DNA of 64,000 nucleotides from Candidatus Obscuribacterales bacterium. GTDB taxonomy: Bacteria > Cyanobacteriota > Vampirovibrionia > Obscuribacterales > Obscuribacteraceae. The stretch is from positions 17,984 through 81,983 of the forward strand of contig JAGVKG010000065.1 in NCBI GenBank assembly GCA_020050685.1. The letters run 5' to 3'. Position numbers and translations under genes: made by a program. Under the pieces are notes generated by a model that searched no databases, had not been told where the DNA came from, and saw only the letters and a list, made by a program, of their open reading frames with translations. How positions within the stretch are numbered: the stretch's first letter is position 1; each line of letters opens with the position of its first letter. Below, one piece after another: positions 18,001-33,000 of the stretch.

Positions 18001-21000
18001 AGGTGTTTTCAGCATGACAGGTGCTTTGAGTGCCGATGGGGTTGGTACTGCCGGTGGTGGCTCAGTATTTATTAGAACTACAAGTGCCAGTTCACTTAAT
18101 GTCGGTGGCACAATAACCGCCAATGCCGGAGCAGGAGCTGTGACTGGCACATCGCTGAATGGTGGCACTATCAATATTATCAACTCTGGAACTGGTGGCA
18201 TAACTTTCAGCAATGCCGATACGATTGCCGCTAATGCCGGTGGTGGTGGTAAAGGTGGCACTGTCAATATTAGTTCGCTGCTTGGACCAATCACAATTGG
18301 CGGTGGTTCTATTTCGGCAAACGGCAGTGGTTGCGGAGCCTTTGATGGTGGCACAATCAGTATGGTCTCAAACTCACTTGCGGTGCTGCCACTATCTGCT
18401 AATGCTTTGGTATTAACTGCCAATGCCGTAGGTAATGGTAAAGGCGGAACCGTGAGCGTTACAGCAGCCGGTGCAGCTTCCAATATTGTTGTTGGTAATG
18501 GTGCCGGTCAAATATCGATTTTTGCTCGCGGCGGAACTGCCGGCTCAACTGCCGGTGATGGTGGCTCAATTACTCTTTCTGCGACTGGAGACGTGAATGT
18601 AACAAATTCGGCATTTTTAGATGCCAGTCCGCAAGGCGTAGATGGCAATGGCCAAAATCTGACACTGACAACTCAATCTGTGACTGGCAATCTCAGTGCA
18701 GATGGTGTTGGTTTTGGTTCCGGTGGTACGATAACCATTACATCGCCGACAGACAATGTAATAGTAGCTGGATCAGTAACCGCAAATGGTGGCACTTCTG
18801 GCAACGGTGGGACAATATCGATTACGTCAGATAGCGACAGTGCTTTTGTCGTCGGGCCAGCGGCAACTGTCAATGGCGTGACTGGCGCCTTGACTGCTAA
18901 CGGTGGAGCGAGTTTTGGCAGCGGCGGTTCGGTGACAGTCACAAATAATGGCGGCGGCGGTGTCAGTCTTTCTGCAGCAGCGGTTCTTTCTGTTGCTGGT
19001 TCAGCTGCCGGCGGTGCCGGTGGTTCTTTAACAGTCGCTGCGCCAATTGGCACGTTGACATTGTCCGGTGCTAGTCTTTCTGCTAATGCTGGTGGCAGTG
19101 GGCCATTTAATGGTGGCAAAATTGCCCTTTCCGGCCGGATGCTAAATACGGGAGTGGCTGCAACCACGACGCTTAGTGCCAATGCGGTTGGCACGGGTTC
19201 TGGTGGGTCCATTAGTTTGGTTGCCACAGATACGACCGCTAATTTAGTAGTTGGCAATGGGGCTGGACAGGTAACAATTTCGGCCACTGGTGGCACGGGC
19301 GGTTTGACACCATCAACTGCCGGCAATGGTGGCACTGTTTTACTTTCGGTTGGTGGCAATCTTACTATCAATCCCGCTTCACTAACCGTTGGCCCACTCG
19401 GCACTAATGGCAATGGTGCTAGCGTGACTTTGGCAGCCGGCACAGCAGTAACCAGCTCTCTGACAAAAACTCTGACTATCAATGGCACCCTTAATGTAGC
19501 CGGTGCGGCTGGCGGTAGTGGTACAGGCGGCGTAGCTAAATTAACTGCCGGATCAAGCTCGGGCGATGGTACAACATTTGGTACTGTGGTCATAGATGGC
19601 GGGATAAGTGCTCAAGGTAGTGGCACTGGAAATGGTGGCACTGTCAGTGTCAACTATTTGGCTAGTTCAACTTTTAATATCGGCACTGGTGCTGCTGGGG
19701 CAAATGGTATTGCCGGTAGTATAAACGCAGCCAGTGGTGCTACCGGTGCAGGCGGATCAATAAGTATTGTCAATTCTGGGACTGGCGGGATTAATGTTAA
19801 TGCTGCATCAGATCTTTCTATTACTGCTTCCGGCGGTGCTGGTGGTGCATTAACTGTTAGCGCCCCCGGTGGTGCATTGTCATTTGGTGGTGGCACAGTT
19901 TCGGCAAGTTCTGCTGGTTTTGGCGACTTTAGTGGTGGCACTATCGCTTTGACCGGTCAAACGTTTTCAATTTCTGGCTCGGCTTTGATTTTAAATGCCA
20001 ATGCAGTTGGACTTGGTAATGGTGGCACAATTTCCGTCTCTGGATCTGGCGGAGTATCGAGCCTGACGGTTGGCAATGCGGCAGGAGAATTGGAAGCATT
20101 CGCTCGCGGAGGCTCGGCGCTATCGGCAGCAGGAAATGGTGGCTCGATCACAATTTCGATGGGCGGCAGTCTGACTGTCAATTCAACTTTCTTGAATGCT
20201 TCACCACTTGGCACGAACGGCAACGGTGGCAAACTGAGTTTAAGCGCTGCAAGCCAAGCATCCGGTTCATTGACAGTGACAAATGGTTTGGATGCTTCGG
20301 GCAATGGTTCCGGTATCGGTGGCACGATAGTTGTGCAATCGAGCGGAGCCTTGCTTGGTTTTAATGGCACGTTGAGCATAACTGGTGCAGTTAATGCTTC
20401 CGGTGGTACGACAGCTTCGGCTGGAACAATTTTGCTTTCGGCTAATGCTACCAGTGCAATTTCTGTTGCCGGTGCCTTGACAGCAAATGGTGGTGCGACA
20501 TCCGGCAATGGTGGGACCATTAATGTGACGAACTTTGGCACCAACGTTGCCAGTGGCACCACACTTTCATCGGCACCATCTTCTTCAGCAGTTGGTTCGG
20601 GAGCCGGCGGATCTATTAAGCTGATTGCCAACCAAGGAACATTGTCCATAGCCAATGGCACTACCTCTGCTAGTGCTGCCGGAGCCAATGATTTCAATGG
20701 TGGTCAAATTTTGTTTGCCGCTTCTTCCTTGAGCATCACCGGTGGCTCTTTCCTGACACTTAATGCCAATGCAGCCGGTGGTGGTGCTGGTGGATCTGTT
20801 TCAGTTTTAGCAACTGGTGCAACATCGGATATTTCAGTTGGTAATGCAGCCGGCAATATAAGAGTGTTTGCTACTGGTGGCACCGGTGGATCAACCATCG
20901 GCAATGGTGGCAGGATTGCTTTGACGGCAGGACGCGACTTATTGATTGATTCCACGCATCTTTCTGCTGATGCTCTCGGTACAAATGGCAACGGTGGCAA

Positions 21001-24000
21001 TCTCCGTCTGACTGCCAATGGCACTGCTACTTTATTGGTTTCTCATGGCATTATTGTTACTGGTTCACTGGCGGCAGCTGGAAACGGTGATGGCTCTGGT
21101 GGTCTTATTTCACTTATGGCTCCTCTCGGTAATGTGTCTCTTACAGGCTCATTATCTGCAGCCAGTGGTGCTGGTGTCGGCAATGGTGGTTCAATAGTAG
21201 TGACTGCGGGTAGTCCGCAAGTATTTACTATCGGAACTGCAGCTCCGTCAAATGGCGTTGGCGGGGGCATCTCTGCAAGTGCTGCCGGCACTAGCGGCGC
21301 TGGAGGCACTGTCACAATTACCAATGCTGCAGGTATTGCCTTTGCGGCTCTCAGCAGTGTTACTGCCGATGGTGGCACCATCGGTAGTGGTGGTAATGTC
21401 ACTTTGTCTGCTTTGTCTGCCGCACTTAGTATAGATGGGGGCACAATTTCTGCAGTTGCTCATGGAGCCGGTGCATTTTCCGGCGGACAGATTTCCTTAT
21501 TTTCCTCATCGTTTACTACTTCTGGATTCGGAGTTGGTCCTTTATCGCTTTTGGCCGATGGTTCCGGCACAGGTGCAGGTGGATCTATATTGATTAAGGC
21601 CTCGGGAATAACTGCTGATTTAACAGTCGGTGGTGGCATAGGAGATATTTTGATTAATGCCCGCGGCGGCTCTCTCCTCTCGGCTGCCGGTGATGGCGGT
21701 TCTGTGACAATTGAGGTTGGCAGAAATCTTACCGTTAACACTGCCTCGCTTTTGATAGGGCCTTTGGGCAACAATGGCTCTGGCGCCAATATTAGTTTGC
21801 GTGCTAATGCTTCCGTATCTTGTGATACTGCTGGTACATTAACAGTTACGGGAAGTCTTAATGCGTCCGGAGTTGGCATTGGCAATGGCGGCAATCTTGA
21901 GTTGATTTCAGCTGCTGGCAATCTTTCAATTACCGGCAGCGTTTCGGCTAATGCGCAAACAACTGGTAATGCCGGTTCAATCACCATGCTTTCCAATAGT
22001 GTCAGCCCATTTTTGGTTGGTGCTGCGATCACTCCGCTAAATGGTATCACAGGAACAATTTCTGCCAACGCTGGTTCGGTTAAAGGCGCAAGTGGTTCAA
22101 TTGCAATTACTAATGAGGGCATTGGTGGTATTGAATTTAGACCGGGCTCGAGCGTTTCTTTGGCTGCATCTGGAGGCGGTGGCTCTGGTGGCACTATCAC
22201 CATTGATGCTAATGCCGGTCCATTGTCTATTGCTGGTGGCACGCTTTCTGTCAATGCAAGCGGAGGTGGTGCCTTTAGTGGTGGCACAATTTCTCTTTCT
22301 GGACTAGAGCTGGTTTTGATCACTGGCTTGGGTACTGGACCTTTAAACTTGTTAGCCAATGGTGCAGGTACAGGTGCTGGTGGAAAAGTAAGTATTGCCC
22401 TTATAGGCGCCTTGTCTGATTTGGAAATTGGCTCAGGTTCGGGGCAAATATCCATTAGTGCTTTGGGTGGAGGAGCAGGAGGAAATGGTGGCATTGTTAA
22501 CCTTTCAGTGGGCCGCAATTTACTTGTTGATCCATTAGCGCTTTTAGCTAATCCGCAAGCCGGTTCTGGTAGCGGTGCGACAATAAATTTGGTTGCCTCA
22601 CAGGCCAGTGCGGGCGACCTAGTCGTTAGTTCCAGTCTCAGTGCAAACGGCATTGGTGATGGTGCCGGTGGTCTATTGAATTTGTCGTCCGCCAGAGGCA
22701 ATGTTTTAGTTTCCGGAGCGCTATCTGCTAATGGATCCGGTGAAGGTGATGGTGGCAGCGTTACCGTAACTTCTGCATCGGCTCTAGATTTCTCTGTCGC
22801 CAATGCAGCCATTGTGAATGGCTTAACGGGATTGATTAGTGTAGCTGCCGGTGCCACATCCGGAAATGGTGGCACGATTGTCCTCACGAATGCTGGCAGC
22901 GGCGGGATTACATTAGGTACAACTGCCAGTTTGAATGCAGACGCGTCAGCTGGTGTTGATGGTGGTGCTGGTGGCACGATCAAACTATTAGCTGGCAATG
23001 GTCTTGTGGAGATTTTGTCTACATCTCTTTCGGCTAACGGCACAGGCACTGGTGCATTTGATGGTGGTGTGATTGTTGTTACGGCTGGAACGCTTTTCGT
23101 CAATGGTGCCAGCGCCCTGGCAATTAGTGCCAACGGTTCAGCTTTGGGTAATGGTGGTTCAATCGAATTGGGCTCTACTGATACGACCTCAAGTCTTAGT
23201 ATCGGTGCCAGCCATGGCAGCATGACTTTGACGGCTACTGGTGGTTCTGGCGGATCTGCTACCGGTAATGGTGGCTCGGCAACAGTTTCAGCTGGTGGTG
23301 GCATTGCACTAGATCCAACTTCATTGGCCCTTGATCCTCAAGGCACAAATGGTGCTGGAGCAACAATGAGCTTTACATCATCCCAAGGTAACATTCAAGT
23401 TTTCGGTAATTTGTTTGCCAACGGCGTTGGTGAGGGAAATGGTGGCACAATTTCTCTCTCGGCAACGGCCAACAATCTTTTTGTCAGTGGTTCGCTTTCG
23501 GCTAGTGCTACAGGTGAAGGGAAGGGGGGAGCAATCACTCTCACTTCCAACAGTCAAGCTAATTTTACTGTTTTTTCCGGCGCCACGGCAAATGGTGTCA
23601 TGGGTACAATCTCGGCTACAGGCGGCGGCACGGGTGGAGATGGTGGCACAATCGTTATTAGTAATCAAAATGCAACGCTTGGGGCCGCTGGAGTAACTTT
23701 GGCCAATGCCGGAGTGATTTCGGTTTTTGCATCTCCAGGTGGTGGTTCAGGTGGCATCATTGCTATCAGCGGACAAAGTATCAATATTGGTTCCGGACCG
23801 AATCTTTCTGCTAACGCCTCTGGTAGCGGGCAATTTGTTGGCGGCTCTATAACATTGATAAGCAACAGTGAATTGTTTGTCAATACCGGCATCACGGCAA
23901 ATGGTGGCACAAATGGTAGCGGTGGATCTATTGAATTGGTTTGCAATAGCATTTTTGCCTTTACACTTGGGCCGCAGGCTGAACAAAACGGTGTGACCAA

Positions 24001-27000
24001 TTTGGTTTCAGCTCAGGCTGGCAATGCGGGTGGCAACGGTGGTGAAATTGTCGTCACCAACAATGCAGCCGGTGGTATCACTTTGACAAACACCAATAAT
24101 ATATCTGTTCAGGCTTCACCTGGTGGCGGTGCTGGTGGCACGATTGATTTTGAAGCACCGGTTGGTGTTCTATCCATTGCTAGCGGCAACTTGTCCGCAT
24201 CAGCTGGTGGCGCCGGTTCATTTTCTGGTGGTGAAATTACTTTTGATGCGTCGTCCTTAGTTGTGACCGGATCGACATTCCTGACCCTATTTGCCGATGC
24301 TTCCGGTTCAGGCAATGGTGGAACCATTATAGTTAAGACCGAAACTGGCAGTGGTTTGACCATCGGTAATCAGACTGGCAATCTGAGCATTTTTGCCCGC
24401 GGTGGATCTGCTGCTTCTGTGGCTGGTGATGGTGGCTCAATCGAAATTGCCAGTGGTGGCAATCTAACCGTGGATCCACAAGCACTGCAAGCAGGACCAA
24501 GGGGAGTAAGTGGTAAAGGTGCAACATTGAAGCTGACTGCCGGCGTGACCACGCAAGGCACCTTATTTGTCTCTGGTGATTTGCTAGCCGATGGTGTCGG
24601 CTCAGCAGATGGTGGCAGCATCGCACTTTCATCGCACAATAATTCAGAGTTTATTATTGGCTCCAGTGCTGTATCAAGCGGTGTACAAGGACGCATTTCG
24701 GCCCAGGCGGGAACTATAGCCGGGGGCGGTGGAAAAATTCTAGTCTCAAGTACTGGCACGGGTGGAATCAGTTTGCTTGATTTGTCCGATCTCTCGGTCA
24801 CTCCGGTATCAGGAGCTGGTGGTACCATAGAACTTCTATCCAGTGCCGGCACATTAACCATTGCTTCGGGAACACTTTTTGCTAGCGCTTCCGGTAGTGG
24901 CAACTTTAACGGCGGACAGATTAACCTTGGTGCTGCCGGCTTTAGCATCGCCGGTGGTGGCGCTTTGAATTTACTGGCCAATGGCAGATTCGAAGGTAGC
25001 GGCGGTGGCATTACAATTGCAATCAGCAACGATCAAGACTTAACAATCGGCAATGGCGCACAACAACTGACGATATCTGCTACTGGTGGCATAGCCGGAT
25101 CTGTTAACGGCGACGGCGGACATGTGACTATAAATGTTGGTGGAAATTTGACTGTCAATCCGCAATATTTTACGGTTCAGCCGCTTGGAGATGAGGGTGG
25201 CGGTGCGGAAATTGAATTGGGCGCTGGACGTGCCGGCAGCGGCAATTTGTTTATCAACGGTATCTTGGATGCCAGTGCTGTCGGAGATCGCGATGGTGGA
25301 TCCATAATACTAACTAGTGCTAGCGACACACCATTTACAATAGGGGCGACAGCCACAGTAAACGGTGTGTTTGAAGTGCGCGCCAATGGTGGCGCAGTTG
25401 TCGGCGATGGAGGAGCAATTGTTATTGGCGCCGAAGGGTTGGGCGGAATTGCCATTCCTTCTCCAGATAAAGTGTCGGTGCGCGCTGGAAGCATTGGCAT
25501 CGGTGGAACAATCGCCTTGCTGGCTGATTCCGGTACGGAGGCGGCACCGCTGACAATCGGGGGCGGGACTTTAGCAGTTGATGCTAGAGGCGCTGGTGAT
25601 AATGATGGTGGCGTTCTGATTTTGAGAGGTTCGATATTGACGGTTACCGGGCCAAACGCCTTGTTGCTTTCAGCAAACGGTAGCGGTGATGGTGTTGGTG
25701 GTACCATCAGTGTCAATCTCAGAGCCAGTACATCAGATCTGACAATTGATAATGCTTCTGGTGGCATTACCTTATCCGCCACTGGCGGCTCTTCCGGTTC
25801 AACTTCCGGCGATGGCGGCGTTATTGTCATGTCAGTCGGACGAGCACTTTTTGTTAATGCTGCCGCTGTTAACGCTCAAGCATTGGGAGTTAATGGTGAA
25901 GGTGCACTACTGACGTTTACCGCAGGCAATCTTTTGACTGGCGGTCTAAGTGTGCTTGGTAATCTTAGTGCCAATGGTGTAGGCACTGGAGCGGGTGGTT
26001 CAATTACACTTTCTTCCAAAACAGCAGCCGTTTTTGTTTCCGGCAATGTTTCGGCTAGTTCTACTGGTTCAGGCAGTGGTGGCACAATTAGCATATCCTC
26101 GGTTAGTGGACTGGGAGTTGCATTTACAGTTGATTCCTCGGCGACGACAAATGGTGTGACAGGGCAAATATTGGCGGAACAAGGTCCATTAAGCTCCGGA
26201 GAGGGCGCGCTTGGCGGGTCCATAACTATCAGTAATTTCGGAGAAGGAGGCATAACACTTCCTGACCCGGCCAATGTTTCTGTTGTCTCCACACAGGCGG
26301 CTTCTGGTGGTGGCACAATTGTTCTTGATGCGGTAGCAAATTCTCAGGCACCCGGTGCACTGACAATTGGTGCCGGAGTACTTAATGCTGCTGCAAACGG
26401 AGCCGGAGATTTTGATGGTGGTACGATTTCTCTCATTGGCTCATCTCTTTCCATTACCAACGGCGGCTTTTTGACAATGGCAGCCGGTGCAGTCGGTGCT
26501 GGTAATGGTGGCACGGTTACCGTGACTGTCAGTGGCTTGACGTCAGATCTGACAATAGGCACAGCTGCCGGACAATTTATTGCCGATGCTTCCGGTGGCA
26601 GTGCCGGATCAATTGCCGGTAATGGCGGAGCAATCAACATTTCTGCCGGTAGAAATTTGACGGTCAACGATACTTCGTTTGTCCTAGTTGCACCACGTGG
26701 TGATAATGGCAATGGTGGCGCTTTGCGATTGTCCGCTGCTACCGGCGGCAGTGGTACGTTGACAATCGGTGGTGCTAATCCGATTGTTGCCAGTGGTGTA
26801 GGCGAGGGAAATGGTGGAACGGTTCTCTTGAGCTCCAACAGCACGACTGCCTTGACAGTGCCTGCCGTTATTACGGCAAATGCGGGAGATAAAGCAGGCA
26901 ATGGTGGCGTAATTACAATTCGAAATTCCGGTAGTGGTGGAATTTTATTTGGTTCTGCATTGATCAATATTTCGGCCAATGGTTCTAAACGGACTGGCAA

Positions 27001-30000
27001 TGGAGGGACAATTAGAATTGAAGCGCCAGTCGGACCTGTGACCATCGGTGGTGGCGACATATCTGTAAGTTGTAGTGGATGCGGTGTGCAGAATGGTGGT
27101 GAGATTTCCATTACCGCACAATCTTTGGTCGTATTAGGTGGCGTTGGTACCGGACCTTTGAATTTGAAAGCCAATGCTGCTGGTGCTGGAAATGGCGGTA
27201 CAATTTCAGTCACTTCAACCAGTGCAACAACGGATGTGACGATTGGCGGCTTAACCGGACAAATTACTGTCTCTGCTACTGGCGGCACTTCTATTCTTGG
27301 TATACCGACATCAATTTTTGGTGATGGTGGCAAAATCAATTTAACTAGTGGCAGGAATTTGGTAATTGATCCGGCCTTCTTAAATGCTGACCCGCTTGGA
27401 TTAAATGGTAATGGAGCTCAAATTACTCTCATTACTAATGGTGCAAATGGCACGATTAGTGGCGACCTGAGCGCAGATGGCGTTGGTAAAGGCTCTGGCG
27501 GCCTAATCCGAATTTCTGCACCTAATGGCAATGTTCTAGTTACCGGCAGTCTTTCTGCCAATGCAGATCAAGGGGCAACCGGTTCAGGAAATGGTGGCAC
27601 TGTAGAACTCACTTCGTCCAGTTCCACTTCCTTTGTTATAGATCCGACTGCCACAACTAATGGTGTACAAGGAACGATTGCAGCAATTGCAGGTTTATTG
27701 GCTGGCAATGGTGGCACCATTTCGGTTGTAAATTCCGGCACGGGTGGTATCACACTGGGAGCCTTGGCGGCCTTAAATGTAAATGGCTCAGTTGGCGGTG
27801 GCTCTGGTGGCACGGTAACAATAAGTGCTGCTAAGGGTGGCGCAGCTACTGGGCAAATAACTATTGCCGGTGGTTCGATTTCTGCCAATGGACAAGGTGT
27901 AGGTGTTTACAATGGCGGCAAGATTGATATCTTTGGACTTTCCTTTGTCAATTCCGGTGTGACATTTGCCACATTGTCTGCCAATGGTTCTGGATCTGGC
28001 AATGGAGGGCAGGTAAGCGTTGTGGCGTCAAGTGATACTACTGACATTACTATTGGTTCGGCCGGAGGCAATTTGGAAATATTTGCCCGCAGCGGATTAA
28101 CCAATGGCAATGGTGGCTCAATCACAATTACTGCCGGACGCAATCTGACAATTGATCAATCAGTAATGCTTGCTGATCCAAGAGGTACAAACGGCAATGG
28201 TGGCACTTTGAATTTAACGAGCGGTGCTGCTTCTACTAATCCAGCTGCCGACCTGAAAATAAATGGTATTGGCGATCTGGATGTAAGTGGTGCGGGTGTT
28301 GGTTCCGGTGGTGTACTAAAAGCAATTTCTAATACTGGCGACTTGCTGATTGAGGGCAACATTATTGCAGATGGCGGCACAGTCGGCGATGGTGGATCCG
28401 TGACACTGAGTTTTAGAAGCAATAACAATTTTAACGTCGGCGGTGTGGTCACCACCAATGGTGTTGATGGATACATTCATGCCAATTCCGGATCTGTGAG
28501 CGGCAGTGGTGGAGTAATTGGAATCAGCAATCTCAATACCACATTAGGTGCTGGCGGACTGAACATTCCAGATGGAACCTTTCTTTCCGCTTCAGCTTCC
28601 GCAGGCGATGGTGGCATTATTTCCGGATCAACTCCTGGTGGCACGATTACTGTTGGCAGTGGCACCATGACAGTCTCAGCCGGAGGAGTTGGCAGTTTCA
28701 ATGGTGGAGAAATTTCATTTGCCGGTGCTGCATTTACGATCACAGGTGGTGCACCATTGATTTTGACTGCCGATGCGGTTGGCTCTGGCAATGGTGGCAA
28801 AATCAGTATTATCGGACAAGCATTGGCCTCCAACTTGACTGTCGGCAATGTTGGTAATCAGTTAGAAGCATTTGCTCGCGGTGGCTCTATTGCTTCCGGT
28901 AGTGGTAACGGTGGCTCAATTACAATAAAAGTTGGCGGTAACTTGACGGTCAGCGATACAAGCTTGATCGATGCAGGTCCGCGCGGCACCAATGGTAATG
29001 GTGCAAGTTATATTCTGGCTGCCGGCAATGCTGCCAATTCATCCTTGAGTGTTACTGGTTCCTTAAATGGATCCGGCGTGGGTGTTGGCAACGGCGGATT
29101 AGTCTCAGCCACCTCTGGTTTAGCAGGCCAGTTTACCGGTAGCCTGACAATTACGGGTGGTGTGACTGCTAGTGGTGGCACCAATGGCATAGGTGGTGAA
29201 ATTACCTTGGTTGCCAACTCTGCGGTAGCACTTTCTGTTGGCGGCACTTTGACTGCCAATGGTGGCACTTTATTAGGAAACGGTGGATTCATTTTCGCCA
29301 CCAATCCGTTGAGTGGTGGCATTACATTGGGTGGTGTACCTTCCGCAGCCGGCTCGACCGGTGGAGGCAATGGTGGATCAATTGAATTGACTTCAACTCT
29401 TGGCGCTCTGAGTATTCCGGGAGGTGGAGCCGGATCTCCAGCTTCTGCCAGCGCCGGCGGAGCCGGTACTTTTAATGGTGGCGAAATTAGATTGACCGGT
29501 ACTGCGCTCAATGTAACCGGGGGAACATTCTTGGCGCTAACTGCCAACGGTGTCGGGGCAGGTAATGGTGGCATAATCGTAGTGAATGCATCAACTGCCA
29601 GTCTGACCGTCGGTACTTTAGCTGGAAACATAACCTTGTCGGCAACCGGAGGTACTGGTGGCGGCACGCCATCCAGCACTGGTGATGGTGGCACATTATC
29701 ATTGTCTTCCGGATTGAATATCACAGTAAATGCAGCTAGCAGCAACTTTGTTGCTAACCCACTTGGTACCAATGGTAGAGGCGCGAATTATTATTTGGTG
29801 GCAGGCTCTGCCGGTGTGGGATCTATTGCGGTCAACGGTGGCGGACTAGATGCCTCTGCCAATGGTGATGGTTCAGGTGGAAATATTCTGGCGCGCTCCT
29901 TGACTGGAAACGTCTTTATTGCCGGCGATGTGCTTGCCGATGCTGGTTCGGGAACAGGCAATGGTGGCACCATAACCGTGTTAGCCAATAGTGCCACTGC

Positions 30001-33000
30001 CTTTGCAATTTTACCTGCGGCTCTAGTTAACGGCATACAAGGAACAATTAGCGCCGATGCCGGTGGTGTTCAAGGAGATGGCGGAATAATTTCGATTACA
30101 AACCTTGGTATTGGTGGTGTGCGTTTTGGTGCTGGAGCCGATATTACGGTAGATGGATCATCGGGAGCCGGTGGTGGCTCAGGTGGTGCACTGACGATTG
30201 CTGCTCCAACAGGAACAATTGCTGTTGCCGGTGGATCGTTGTCTGCCAATGGTGGCGGACCAGGAGTGGACGGTGAATTTAGAGGCGGGCAAATTCAATT
30301 AACTGCTTTGCTAATTCAAAATGACCCTCTTGCATCTGCACCACTTACACTCACAGCTAATGCTGCCGGGCGTGGATTGGGAGGACAAGTCTCAGTTATT
30401 GCCACTGGTTCGGAAGCAGACATAACAATTGGCACCGCCGCCGGTGAAATTAGTATTTCCGCAACTGGCGGTTCTCTCGGCTCGCTTGATGGCGCAGGCG
30501 GAATCGTTGTTGTTTCAGCTGGCAGAAATCTTACTGTTCATACTGCTGCTCTCATTGCTAACCCAGAGGGTACAAATGGTGCCGGGGCAATATTTAAATT
30601 GGCGGCGACAACAGCTGTTAATAGTGGTGAGCTGATAGATTGCGATGTGCCAGGAACTCTAGCAATCATCAAGGATATCGGTTTTGATAGCATTGATGCT
30701 GCTGGTCGTGGGGATGCAGATGGTGGCATTATTATTCTCTCGGCAATTGCCGGTAATGTGACTGTTGCTTCTGAGCTAATAGCTGATGCCGGCAGCGGTA
30801 TAGGTAATGGTGGCACAATCTCGATTACATCCAACAGCCCAAGTCCGCTTTTGCTTGAAGACACTGTTAGTGCAAAAGCTGGCGGGGTGAGTGGCAATGG
30901 TGGCACTATTTCTGCAGTCAACCTTGGTTCTGGTGGTATTAGTTATACGGCATTGACGGCAATTACTGTCAGTGGATCAGCCGGTGGTGGCAATGGCGGT
31001 TCGGTTAGTTTGATCGCCTCTGGTGCCAATGCCCCGATTACTCTTGCCACAAGTTCGATAGCTGTTAATGGTGGTGCAAGCGGAAATGGCAATGGTGGCA
31101 GAATAACTATCACCACGTCTCTTCTGAATATGGTTCAGACTGCACCAACTTTATTGAGTGCTAACGGCTCGGGTAATGGTAACGGTGGTGTCATTTCTGT
31201 AACCGTGGCTGGAAACAATGTAATCATGGGTACTGCTAATGGCGAGTTGATGATGCAAGCTACCGGTGGCAGCAGCGGATCTAGTGCAGGCGATGGTGGA
31301 ACTTTGCGTGTTACTGCCGGATTAAACATTGGCATACTTGATGTCGGTCTGGTTCAAAGTGTCTTCTATGCTGCACCACAAGGTCTGAGTGGCAGTGGTG
31401 CTAACCTCAGTATTATTTCCGGAGTTTCCGGCCCATCAGATATAGTTGTCGGTGTGCTTGGCGGTCTGAATGGCGGAGCAGTTGGTGATGGTAATGGTGG
31501 TTCTGTGGTTCTCAATGCGGGTAATTCGACCGCGGTTGCTGGATTTGGTGATATTACTGTGACCGGCGGACCAATCATTACTAGTGCAGACAAAAATGGC
31601 AGTGGTGGTTTGCAATCGATTACCGCTAATAGCATGAATACTTTGGAAGCAATTGGCGGTGGAAGTTCAAATGGCGGGACAAACAGCGGAAATGGTGGCA
31701 CCATTTTAGTGACCAACACCGGCACTGGCGGAATTCAAATAGATAACACTGCCGTATTTGAAGTGAAGGCATTCAATGGTGCGGTTGGCGGATCGGGCGG
31801 CGTTATCACTTTCTCTGCTGCTACTGGTGCCTTGCGTGTCCAAGGTGGAAGCATTGATGCATCTGCCGGTACACAAGGTAATGGCGGGCAGGTGCAAGTC
31901 ACGGCACTTTCAATAATTAATGCAACTGGTGTTTCTGCTCCACTGACGATAGTGGCGGATGCCGCAGGTACGGGCACAGGCGGAACAGTATCAATTACGG
32001 CAACGTCAACTACTGCTGACTTGGCAGTTGGTACATTGCCGGGACAACTGACTATTTCGGCCAAAGGCGGATCAGCAAATTCTGTGGGTGGCGATGGCGG
32101 CAAGATTTCACTATCGACAGGACGTAACTTGAGCGTCAATGCAGCCGAACTTGCTGCCCAACCATTAGGTACAAATGGTGCTGGCGCAGCGATTAGTTTA
32201 GTTGCTGGTACTGGCCCACAAGGTCGCTTACTTGTGACAAATGGCAATATCAATGCCTCAGGCAATGGCATCGGCAAAGGTGGTTCGATTACACTTGTTG
32301 CAGCCAGCACCACCAATTTCATTCTCGGACCGACCGCTAACAACAATGGCATGACTGGACTTCTGTTAGCTAATGCTGGTGCAACAAGCGGTGATGGTGG
32401 CAGCATTTCGATAACCAATCGCAACAGCACTAACGGTCAAGGTGGTATCACAATTTCCAGTACCGCCAATCTTTCGGCCAACGCCTCTCTCGGCGGTGGT
32501 AAGGGCGGTAACATCTCGATTTCGGCAGGGGACCAATCCACTTCCTCAACCGGCATGCTGACAATTGCTTTCGGAACATTAGCGGTAAATGCCGGTGGAG
32601 CAAGTGGTAATTTTAGTGGTGGCACGATTCAGCTTGCCGTTTCAGGCATCACTGTTGGCGCCGGTGGAGCACTGGTTCTCTCAGCCGATGCAGTTGGCAC
32701 TGGTAATGGTGGCACTGTTAACGTCACAACTTTCGGCAGCTCGAGCAATATAATAGTTGGTCGCGCTTCACAACAGATTGCCATCTCTGCAAAAGGCGGC
32801 TCTCTTGGTTCCACAAGCGGCAATGGTGGAACAGTTGCATTGACGTCTGCCAGAAGCATAACAGTGTATTTGTTCGATCCCGCGATGCCCCTGATTCCGG
32901 CAGCCATAACTGCAGATCCGCAAGGCGCCAATGGAAATGGTGCAACCATATCATTAATTGCAAGTACTGCTGGTGTGGGTAGTCTATGGGTTGGTGGTGT